In this document: piece after piece, positions 53,310 to 62,002 of the stretch
Numbering within the stretch: position 1 is the stretch's first letter
Layout: each line of letters opens with the position of its first letter
Source: an uncultured bacterium
GTDB taxonomy: Bacteria; Verrucomicrobiota; Verrucomicrobiia; Limisphaerales; UBA8199
Length of the DNA stretch: 64,000 nucleotides
Reading direction: 5' to 3'
NCBI GenBank assembly: GCA_963749495.1
Contig: CAVVMW010000025.1
Span: 13,378 to 77,377 of the forward strand
Position numbers and translations under genes: made by a program
Notes under the pieces: model-generated
The model's input: only the letters and a program-made list of their open reading frames with translations
The model's database searches: none
Told to the model about the DNA's origin: nothing

Positions 53310-53384
53310 TGGCTGCCAGAGTTGGACTCGCACCAACACCGAACGGCTTAACAGGCCGCCGTGCTACTTTGACACCACCTGGCA
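53310..53384 (-). tRNA. tRNA-Asn(GUU), non-canonical
   Basis: tgccagg/tctggca; gcggc-ctGTTaa-gccgt; T-loop tgcgagt; G73. Confidence 0.85.
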
Positions 53385-53386
53385 AT

Positions 53387-53463
53387 TGGCGCTGCCGGCA
53401 GGAGTTGCACCCGCGTGAATTCGTTTAGAAGACGAATGCCTCGTCTATTTCGGCCACGGCAGC
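53387..53463 (-). tRNA. tRNA-Arg(UCU), non-canonical
   Basis: gctgccg/cggcagc; ttcgt-ctTCTaa-acgaa; T-loop tgcaact. Confidence 0.87.
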
Positions 53464-53473
53464 ACATGTAAAA

Positions 53474-53549
53474 TGGTCAGCGCGGCAGGAATTGCACCTG
53501 CGATCCCTCGGTCCCAAGCCGAGTGCGTTGGCTGCTACGCTACGCGCTG
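53474..53549 (-). tRNA. tRNA-Pro(UGG), non-canonical
   Basis: cagcgcg/cgcgctg; ctcgg-ctTGGga-ccgag; T-loop tgcaatt. Confidence 0.87.
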
Positions 53550-53636
53550 TTGGCACCGCCGAGCTGATGACGCCGGAGCGGGAGAAACGCAGGACACGAA
53601 CCCTGGCAACGGGCCTGCGGTAAGCTCGCTAAGAAA

Positions 53637-53712
53637 TGGCGGACCCGAAGGGAGTTGCACCCTCAACCCTCCCGTAGACAACGGGGCGCTCTGCTGGTTG
53701 AGCTACGGATCC
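53637..53712 (-). tRNA. tRNA-Asp(GUC), non-canonical
   Basis: ggatccg/cgggtcc; cccg-ttGTCta-cggg; T-loop tgcaact; G73. Confidence 0.85.
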
Positions 53713-53716
53713 AAAA

Positions 53717-53814
53717 TGGCCTGCCGAGCCGAAGCCGCAGACCTAAACGGGAGCCCGCCTTCGCTAAGGCTACGGCGGGCACCCTTCGCCATCCGACACG
53801 CGGACGGCGAAGGC
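53717..53814. repeat. REP-like multi-hairpin spacer
   Basis: cccgccttcgctaaggctacggcggg and ccttcgcc..ggcgaagg hairpins. Confidence 0.55.
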
Positions 53815-53903
53815 CGGTGGGAGGTGCTGGTAATGCTCCAGTCGTCACTTCCGACAGTTGTTTGCGACACGGGTTTTACGGACCCGCAGCCGGAACACCT
53901 CCC
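53815..53903 (-). ncRNA. tRNA-Tyr(GUA)-like RNA without a D-arm
   Basis: gggaggtg/cacctccc; gcgggt-ccGTAaa-acccgt; ctgg-agcatta-ccag; A73 followed by CCG. Confidence 0.6.
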
Positions 53904-53909
53904 CGAGAT

Positions 53910-53982
53910 TGGTAGCGGGGGTGGGAGTCGCGCCCACAGAGGCTGAGCTTATGAGGCTCGCCTGAATCTTATTCTCCCCGCA
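53910..53982 (-). tRNA. tRNA-Met(CAU), initiator-like, non-canonical
   Basis: tgcgggg/ccccgct (1:72 mismatch); gagc-ctCATaa-gctc; T-loop cgcgact; short D-arm. Confidence 0.8.
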
Positions 53983-54019
53983 GTGAAATGGCTCGCCAAG
54001 GCGTAGCCTTGGCGAAGGC

Positions 54020-54095
54020 TGGTGGAGACCGACGGGTAACGCTCCCGTTTGACCCTGCTTGCAAGCCAGGTGCATCACTTTTCTGCCACGGCCCC
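54020..54095 (-). tRNA. tRNA-Ala(UGC), non-canonical
   Basis: ggggccg pairing with cggtctcc (G3-U70 plus bulged U); ctTGCaa; T-loop agcgtta. Confidence 0.8.
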
Positions 54096-54110
54096 AAAAA
54101 CATTGAAAAC

Positions 54111-54184
54111 TGGCAAGCCGCCCTGGTGCTGCCCCAGGCAAGCTGAGTTTTGGAGACTTGGCTGCACAGGCTGGTGCGCGGCTT
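54111..54184 (-). tRNA. tRNA-Trp(CCA), non-canonical/degenerate
   Basis: aagccgc/gcggctt; agt-ctCCAaa-act; T-arm cctgg-ggcagca-ccagg; G73. Confidence 0.7.
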
Positions 54185-54193
54185 ATCCGAGAT

Positions 54194-54267
54194 TGGTGCG
54201 GCTGCCGGGAGTTGCACCCGGACATCCTCCGTGGCGGGGAGATATTCTGCTGTTAAATCACAGCCGC
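54194..54267 (-). tRNA. tRNA-Gly(GCC), non-canonical
   Basis: gcggctg/cagccgc; ctcc-ccGCCac-ggag; T-loop tgcaact. Confidence 0.82.
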
Positions 54268-54269
54268 AA

Positions 54270-54309
54270 GGAAAGTAAAAGGGCCGGGAGCATTCGCGCT
54301 CCCGGCCCG
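54270..54309 (-). terminator. Terminator-like hairpin just upstream of the first tRNA
   Basis: gggccgggagc-gcgaat-gctcccggccc-ttttacttt. Confidence 0.55.
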
Positions 54310-54613
54310 CGCCAATTCAACAAAGAACAAACACCTCTTGCTATCTTGCGATGCCAACCCACGGTTTCACGGTGGTTCTTTCGGTGTTTAGGGGCACACC
54401 TCCTGCAAAGCCCTTAGATTGTAAAATCCGGCTCAATTCATCCGGCGCGCTTTGTCGCGACCCGTGGGCAGATCCCACCGGTGGAGAACCTCGGCTCTCC
54501 CGCGCCGTTCTTCGTTTCCTGCCAGGTGACATCCTCAAGACGTCGGTTTCTTTTCGTTCACAGTGCGTTGCCTTTCGTTGTCGAGTGTTGCTTCTTTTCA
54601 GTGCTGCATGGGT

Positions 54614-54650
54614 AAACAAAAAACCCTGCTTCCATTTCGGTAAGCAGGGT
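54614..54650 (-). terminator. Intrinsic terminator (attenuator)
   Basis: accctgcttacc-gaaat-ggaagcagggt-tttttgttt. Confidence 0.8.
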
Positions 54651-54672
54651 CTGGAAATCCTATGATGTTCGG

Positions 54673-54843
54673 TTACCTGCTCACCTTGAGTCTATCCAGA
54701 TAGGTTTCGGGCTTCTGCCCAAGACACACCCTGGATAGGCCGAGGCGGAACATAGTGCCTCGGCTGGACCAGCTATGACGTGTCGCTTGCGCGACCGACG
54801 TCATCGGCCCAATCGAGGTCAATATGTTCATGCAGGTTTTCAT
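54673..54843 (-). CDS. Putative leader peptide (56 aa)
   Basis: MKTCMNILTSIG...YLDRLKVSR*; last codons GTGAGCAGG are complementary to the terminator 5' arm. Confidence 0.55.
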   Translation of the reverse strand: MKTCMNILTSIGPMTSVAQATRHSWSSRGTMFRLGLSRVCLGQKPETYLDRLKVSR

Positions 54844-54856
54844 CGAACGTGCGCTC

Positions 54857-54930
54857 ACCTTATCACGGTCCAGCTAATCTTGTCCACTTATATCTTTAGG
54901 GGTGCATATATCTTAAATTCAAATATCTCG
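54857..54930 (-). promoter_or_regulatory. Sigma70-like promoter with upstream AGATAT repeats
   Basis: TGGACA-N18-TAAGGT with extended TG; AT-rich upstream region with three AGATAT. Confidence 0.55.
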
Positions 54931-54948
54931 ATGGGTTGATGGGTGACT

Positions 54949-57900
54949 TCACCGGAGTTTAAGCAATCGCACGTCAAGAGGCGCAAGGGTGAACGGAGCG
55001 TCCACCCGCCTGCCGCTCAGAACATCTTCTGCTTCCACTGGCCGGCCGTCCCGCACCAAGACTGCCGTCACCGGCTCCTTTCGATAGTTGCAGAGGTTTG
55101 CCACGGTCCCTTCGCGGATTTCGGTGCTCCGCCATTCCACCCCCCATGCGGGCTGCTGGCCGGCTTCGCGCAGCTCCAGCGCGGGACGCAGGTTCCATGC
55201 TGGAAGCTCCGCCAGGATTTGTTCGTGCAGTTTCCGGGACGAAGTGGACCCGTGCCGGAAAGGAAGCTTGTTGAACGGTTGCCAGCTCTGGTCGTCTCTC
55301 GCGCCCGTACTCGTCCCGAGTCAGCACATCGTCGCCGCCGACCAGCACCACGCGCCCCTTGAACTGCCGCAGGCCGGCCAAGGCTGCGCCGGAGAGATGG
55401 ACGACCCCGGGCACAAAAACCACCTGCGCCTGCGGGACGAAACCGGTCTCCAATTGGCGTTCCGTAACAAACCCGAGTTTCAGCCCGGTGAAGGACAGCG
55501 CCGCGTAAAGCTTCCGGAGACATTCGCTATAACCTCCGCCATCCCATACGGAGGCGGTCATGCTCTGCAGCACCAGCGCCTGCGCCGGGGCCTGCTGGAG
55601 GGCCGTGACCTCCAGCGCGGCACGGTTGAGGTCATAATTGACGATGCCCACGGCCTCCGCGCAGGCGGGGCGGTGCATGATGCTGCCGGCAAAGTCGCTC
55701 TTGGGATCGAAGGTCCGCTCCCACACCCAGATGGCCGTGGCGCTCTGGCCATGGACCGCCGCCTGCCACAACGCGGCCCGGACGTGCGCGGCCGGCACGT
55801 AGCGCGTGTCGCGGTCCTCGATGAGATGGTTCTCGGTATTGAACACCGGCGCGTCCAGGACCGACCGCTGCAAGTCGTACCCCATGGCGTTGAGTTGCCA
55901 GCCTTGGGCGAACTCGCCGTCGCCGAAATCGTAAAAGTTCACCGAGTCGTTGCCATTGATGTCGCTGAAGCGGGCGAACAAGGTGGCATCGACGCCGTAT
56001 TTGATGTCTCCATTGTTGATCAGGGTCCAGGTCATGGCTTTAGCGTGAACGGGCAAGCGCGGCGCCACCTCGTGCACGGCGTCGGCCAGCATCCGGTGCC
56101 AGTCCGCGAAAAACTCCTGGTTGAAGCGGATGTAATCCATCCAGAGGGCCGACGCCGGGCGCGGGCCGAACGGATTGGGCAGCGGCACCGCGGCAAACGC
56201 GGCAAAGTTGGACCCGCACAGCGCATTCAACGTGGCGATGGTCCCATGGCGCTTTTCGAGCCAGGTCCGCCACTGCTGCCGGGCTGGTTCGCAAGGTTCT
56301 TCCTCGTTCACCGGCTCATTCGAGAGACAGATGCTATGGAGCGCGGGATGGTCTTTGATCGGCGCCAGCGCCGCGCGGACGAACTGTTGCAGCAACTCCC
56401 GGCCTTCCCGTGCGTGCAGGCAGTATTGCAGGAACCCTTCGCGGTGGACACGCAACTGCGGCCATTTTTCCAGCGCCCAGCCCGGCATATAATGCGGGCT
56501 GATCAGCAGGCAGACGGCCACACCCGATTTCTGCGCGCGGTCCAGCACCCGCGAGAGTTCGCGCACGGGGGCCTCGTCGGTGCGGCCTTCGCTTGGGAAG
56601 ACCCGGCTCGGACCGAGTTCAATCTGGATGATGTTCACCCCGTAGTCCGGCCATTTCTCCATGTCCGAGACGACCTGGCCGAAGTGCCCATAGCCGGTGA
56701 AGAACACCGGCCGTTCCTGCGGGGTGCCGCCGGGCAGGCGGACCGGAGCCAAAAAGGAACTGGCCCTGATGACTGGCCGCTGGGCGCCGGTCCAACGCGG
56801 GACGGCAGGGAACTGCCGGAGCCCGGCCAAGGCCTCTTTGACTTCGCCGCGTAGCCGCGCTGCCATCCGTTCCAGGTCGCCGACCTGCTCGAGGGAACGG
56901 CGGACCTCTCCGCGCCGCGCGTCCTCCTCGGCATAGCCGATGAAGTCCTCCAGCACGGTGGCCGCAATGGCGGGATACGAGGGGTCCTGCCCCCGCAACT
57001 TGACCGCCTGCAAGTCCGCCTTCAGCGCGGGCAGGCCCGCCTTCAACGCGCCCAAGCGCTGGAGCGCGTTGGCAGCGGAGAAGGCGCCTTCGGTTGCGTA
57101 AACCTCCAGTTCTGCCACGCTCATCTGGCCGCCTTTCTGATGATCACCGTCGGGCTTGAGGGCGCGGACGCGGACGTAGCGCGCGGACACTGGCGGGAAG
57201 CTGTTTTCCCACTTGGCGCCGTCGTGGTCTTTCACCTCGGCCACCGTCGTCCAAGCCGAGTGGTCCAGTGAAAGCTGGACTTGGAAACGGGTGGCGAAGT
57301 TCTTGCCGAACGTGATGACAATGCGCCGCATCGCGGCCGGTTCAGTCAGATCCACTTCGTAAGTCCAGGGCCATTCGGCACTGGCCTGGGCATCGGTGGC
57401 CGGGTCGCCATCCACACCGCACCGAGCCAGGTGCAGGCGCCCGCCGCCGCCGTTGGGCGGGAGGGTGCGCGTGCCGTCGAGTGAAAGGAGCTTGGCCGGC
57501 TTCCGGTAGGCGAGATTGCCCGGAGGAATGGGCGAGCGAATCTTGTGCTTCGCCGTCAGTTCCTGGATCGCCGGACGGAGCCGACTCAAGAGCTTGACCT
57601 GGCTTGGGTCCAGCGAACCGTCGCGGAAGAGAGCGATGTCTATCGTCACCACGCCGCCGGCCTCGTTGACCTGCGAGACATAGCCGGCGAGGAAGGCCAG
57701 GTCGTAGCGGCAGCCCGGCCGGCCCCAGTCCCGGCCCAGATAGGACAGGACGTGGAACTGCTTGCCGTCGCGCCAGCGCTCCTCGGGGATGTCGGTGAAC
57801 GCATTGACCTCGCCCGTGGTGAAGTCGTCATAATCGGTCGAGGAGTTGGCGTAGGCCATGGCGGGGTTGTTGAGCGCGATGATGGCGTGCCGGTTGCCGG

Positions 57901-58594
57901 CCTTGACGCCCTGTGAAAGGATGCGCCAGCGGGTCTCGTTATAACCGATGTGCGCGTAACAGCCATCCACCCACCAGCCTTTGACCTTGTCGCCGTAGCG
58001 CCGGCTGTATTCGGCGGCCACGGCAGCCCAGTTCTGGACGTATTGGTCGCTGACTTGGCCGGTCCAGCCGCCGAGGCCCTGGGCGGCCTAGGCGTCCTCG
58101 CGCGGGCCGTCGCCGGTCCAATAGAGCATGAGCTTGATGCCGCGCTTCTCCAGCGAGCGGTAAAGGTCGGCCACCAGGTCGCGGGTCGAGCAGGCCTCCC
58201 CCGGTTTGTAGCCGGTGAGCCGGTCGTAGGTGGCGTTGGGCGCGATGAGGTAACGCGTGCGCTGCATCATGGTGAAGAACACGTAGGGCGCGCCGGTCTC
58301 CTGGACTTGCTCGGCAAACCTCTCGGTGTCGAACTCGCGCACCAGGGCGTCCCAGGTGGTGGGCGGCTTGCCCTGCGTGTTTTCGCGCCCGCCGACATTC
58401 TGCACGTCCCAGAGGTAATGGACAAACACGCCCCAGCCCGCGTCATGGAACCAGTCCGTGTGCGGGTTGTGGGGTGAAGCCGACGCGGAGAGCGCCAACA
58501 ACACCGCCGCCATGATGGAAGCGCCTCGGGGCCAACACCTGGATTTGCTTTCCTCGTTTCCGCTTGTTGGAATTGGAATCATCATTGTGGTCAT
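54949..58594 (-). CDS. Multimodular glycosidase: GH29-like + F5/8 (CBM32) + GH42-like; in-frame TAG at 58088 and frameshift near 55240
   Basis: WGVFVHY, VKGWWVDG; YVRVRAL..SVAELEVY; LSNEP, FNTENH. Confidence 0.75.
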
Positions 58595-59565
58595 AGGTGA
58601 CTGGCTGGGGCAGGTGAGGCCTTGGCGGGGTTCCCGGGCTCCCAGGCGCCGAGGTTCGGGCACTCGGCGCGGGGGCGCCGGCAAATGTCCTCAGGCACAT
58701 CGGCCAGCGGCACGCCTTGGCCAAGGGCACCCGTGGCGGCGGAGGTCAGTGCCAGGCTCCCGGAAGCGGGGTCCACGAAGCAGCCCTCCAAATGGCCGGC
58801 CAGGACGATCGTGCCGCCGGCGGGGAGTCGCTCAACGGCGGCGAGCAATTCCTCAGCCGTCGCAACGTGGATCACTTCCCCTCGGGGCGGTGGAAGGGGA
58901 GGCACTGCGGGAAACCAGGGTGGGATCGATTGCCCGGCACAGAGCCAGCAGCAACCAATGATAGCCGCAAGAGCCAAGGCCGGTTTCCGGGAGGATGGGC
59001 GCCTGAGCATCTCGAGCCGCTGGCCATGTGACGAGTCCAGAATCAACTGCGCCAAACGGCGTTCACGAGTCTCCCCCTTCTTCGCGCTGAGCACCCAGAA
59101 TGTGGCCGTGCGCCGGTAGGACGGCGGTCGCGTCATGAAAAAGGCCCAGGCTGCGGGATTGGCCCGAAAGGTCCTCTCGAGAGCCGGCGGCAGCTCCCGG
59201 GGCGCCGACTCGAACGAATAGCGGCCCGTGCGGCTGGATTCGCGCTGCTGGAATGCCTCCCGACCCGCAGCCGTGACGCTGCCCGTCCGTTCGAGCCGCT
59301 TGTAGTGGCGGATGTTGACTTTGCTCCAGGTGCTCTTGGGCTTGCGCGGCGTGAAACGAACCGCGAAGGACTTGCCGTCCACGGCGTGGCGCACGCCGTC
59401 AATCCAGCCGAAGCAAAGAGCCAAGTCGAGCGCCTCCGAGTACGTAACACCCGGGTCCGGCACAGTGGTTTTGCGCAGGCGCAGCCACAGTTCCTGCGAC
59501 GACGCGTGGTTGGCCTCGAGCCAGGCCCGGAGGTCGGACGGCGTGTGAAAGAATTGCGGTGTCAT
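58591..59565 (-). CDS. YdeI/OmpD-associated protein running into remnants of a beta-helix protein
   Basis: LRAWLEANH, ALCFGWIDG, FTPRKPKSTWSKVN, AKKGETRERRL; tail VIHVATAEEL..PNLGAWE. Confidence 0.8.
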   Translation of the reverse strand: MTPQFFHTPSDLRAWLEANHASSQELWLRLRKTTVPDPGVTYSEALDLALCFGWIDGVRHAVDGKSFAVRFTPRKPKSTWSKVNIRHYKRLERTGSVTAAGREAFQQRESSRTGRYSFESAPRELPPALERTFRANPAAWAFFMTRPPSYRRTATFWVLSAKKGETRERRLAQLILDSSHGQRLEMLRRPSSRKPALALAAIIGCCWLCAGQSIPPWFPAVPPLPPPRGEVIHVATAEELLAAVERLPAGGTIVLAGHLEGCFVDPASGSLALTSAATGALGQGVPLADVPEDICRRPRAECPNLGAWEPGNPAKASPAPASHL

Positions 59566-59604
59566 AGGGTTCCCGAGGATAGTGGCATTCGTTGTTTGGC
59601 GGCA

Positions 59605-60333
59605 TCAGAGGACGCGTTTCAGAAGAGGGATTCTGCGCAAGGCGAGGCTGCTGACGAGGCACGTGGCCGCCACTGCCAGCCCCGTGGCGCAGAGGAACTT
59701 GACGAGCTTGGGGGCGTCGAAGCCCCGCAAGGCCAATGTGACCGCGATGAGCACGGGCGGATGAAAGACGTAGACGGCGAAGCAATTGTCGCTCAGCCAT
59801 CGCGCAAACTTCCCCTGGCTGTTGAATTTGTCGCGGAACAACACGATGAGCCCGAGGCAGGCCCCTGTGCAAAAGAACGATTCCCAGAGGCAATAGGCGG
59901 CACTTTGCCAGGTCCACCCGCCGGCCAGCTTGGCCTCGGTGTGCGTGCCCGCGACGGCCAGGATGGTGGCCAGCCAAGCCACGCTGCCCGCCGTCAGAGC
60001 CAACGTCAGCCAGCGCATCCCGAACCGGTACGGGATGCGCAGGAGCCAGTTGCGGCGCCACGCGCACACGCCGACGCCAAAGAGCAGGATGTACTGGGAG
60101 AAGAAGCAAAGCTGCATGTTCAGGATGTCGGTGCCCACAGGCTGCACAGTGCGCACGAGAAACGTGCACAGGGCGATGGCCGAGGCCAGCCCAAGCACTT
60201 GCGCGTGACCGGGCAACGGCGCCTCGGAATTCGGTTCGATCATGACCCACCGCAGGTTGTCGATGAAGGCCAACCGCGGCTTCGCTTGAGCGATGCCCCC
60301 GGCTCCCGCGGTCACAAGTGGCGCTGTGTCCAT
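59605..60333 (-). pseudogene. Acyltransferase-3 family, internally deleted
   Basis: RLAFIDNLRWVMI jumps to C-terminal TM helices and FAVYVFHPPV. Confidence 0.7.
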
Positions 60334-60388
60334 TTTTTTTGGGACGCGTGGAAGAGGATGCCCGCCCGAACGGGCGCGCTGTGTTTCA

Positions 60389-61901
60389 TCAGGGGGGTGA
60401 TCCAGTGAAACAATAGAGCGCCTGGTTGGTGCGGAGGTAGAGGCGGCTGGGGCCAAAGGCGGGCGTGGCATAAATCTTCTCGTGGAAATCGCGCGACGAG
60501 ATCGTTTTCCATTCCTTCTGATTGGCGACAACGGTCACCACCCCTTGCTCGCTCGCGAAATAGACTTTGCCATCGCCGGCGACGGGGGAGGCATAATAGC
60601 CGCCGCGGCCGGGCAGGCGCTGTTCCTGGAGCAGTTGGCCGCTGGCCGCATCCAGCTTGGTCACAATGCCGCCATCCTTGACCAGCCACAGGATGCCCTG
60701 ATCAAGCAGCGGCGAGGAGACGTACGGGATGCCACGCGTGTACTTCCACAATAGGGCGCGCTCGGGCAGTTCGCCGCGGCCGGAAGGCCGGAGCGCCAGC
60801 AATGCGTTCTGCGCCCGCCGGAAAACCGCGGCGTGGCGATCCCATTCCGCCTGGTCGAGGTCCCCGCTCTGGTCCAGGTCCATCCGGGCGAACCGATCGA
60901 GGACTTCCGGGTCGTCAATTTCGGCGCGCGACAAGCGGCCATCCTTGTTCTTGTCCCATTTGGCGAGGGCCACCGGCCAGGGATCGAGGGCGAGGCGTTG
61001 GCCGGGGTCTCCGCCCGGCGCCCACGAGGCCATATAAACCATGTCGCCGGCCGGCACGGGGACCGGGATGACGATGCGGGCCAGGCCATGCGTCCACCAG
61101 GCGAGTTCGCCGTTAGCGGGATTGTAGCCCGCCAGTTCGAGCGAGCCGGCGACCAGCAGACTCCGTCCGCCCGTCGCGCATCCAGAGCACCGGGGTCGCA
61201 TAGCTGCGGACGGCATCCGGGCGCCGGACCTTCCAGATGGTCTTGCCGGTGAGCCGGTCCACGGCCAAGAGGAAGCTGTCGATGTCGTGGTCTTCGCACA
61301 GGACCACCTTGTCATCGACCAGGACGGGCGAGCTGCCGGCGCCGTACTCGTCGCGCAACGGCCCCAGGGGATGCTCCCACAGGGTCTTGCCGGCCAGGTC
61401 GTAGCACACCAAGCCGAAGCTGCCGAAGAAGACGTACAGCCGCGTGCCGTCGCAGGCCGGGGTGGCCACTGCCGCGCTGCCCATCTGCGGATGAAAGACT
61501 TCGATCCGCGAGGCCGGCGCCACTCTTGTCCACTTAATCTGGCCGGTAGCCGCGTCGAGGGCCAAGGTAGCGACCTCCTTCGCCTCGCTGCGGTAGGTCG
61601 TGAGGAAGAGCTGGCCGTGTGAGAGGATGGGGCTGGACTGGCCGGGCGCCAAGGGCGTCTTCCACACCAGAGCGTGAGGGTCGTCCAGGTTGTCCGGCAG
61701 GGGTCCGGCGGTGGCTTCGGCACGCCCCAGGTCGGAACGGAAGTACTGCACTTGGGCCTCGGCGGGCGCGGCTGCCAGGGAGAGCGCGCCGACACACAAG
61801 AGGCCAAGAGCACAAGGCAACCTCGACCACGGAGCCGAGGCGACGCTCTGAGAGGCGGCGGAGTGGCCCCGCCACCGGCGAGCGCGGATTGAGCAAATCA
61901 T
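60389..61901 (-). CDS. PQQ-like beta-propeller repeat protein with EF-hands (frameshift near 61160)
   Basis: GQSSPI, ATPACDG, GSSPVL; DKNKDGRLS, DLDQSGDL; YYASPVAGDGKVY. Confidence 0.82.
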
Positions 61902-62002
61902 GGTGGCACCAAGATAGATCGGCCGGCGGTACCTGGACAAATCCGTTCTGAAAGTCAGGGTGGATTCAACAACTCCCAGATCATGCTCGCGCCTGTGGTC
62001 TG

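Noticed and set aside
53564..53590. CTGATGA...GAAA hammerhead-like motif
   Set aside because: Antisense to the operon; GAAA does not directly follow stem II and stems I/III are not evident
53473..54417. ORFs overlapping the tRNA array
   Set aside because: Explained by tRNA genes and spacers
58088..58090. Pyrrolysine or other recoding of TAG
   Set aside because: No pyl genes or CUA tRNA here; TAG is a normal stop in other genes (e.g. 2719, 5229)
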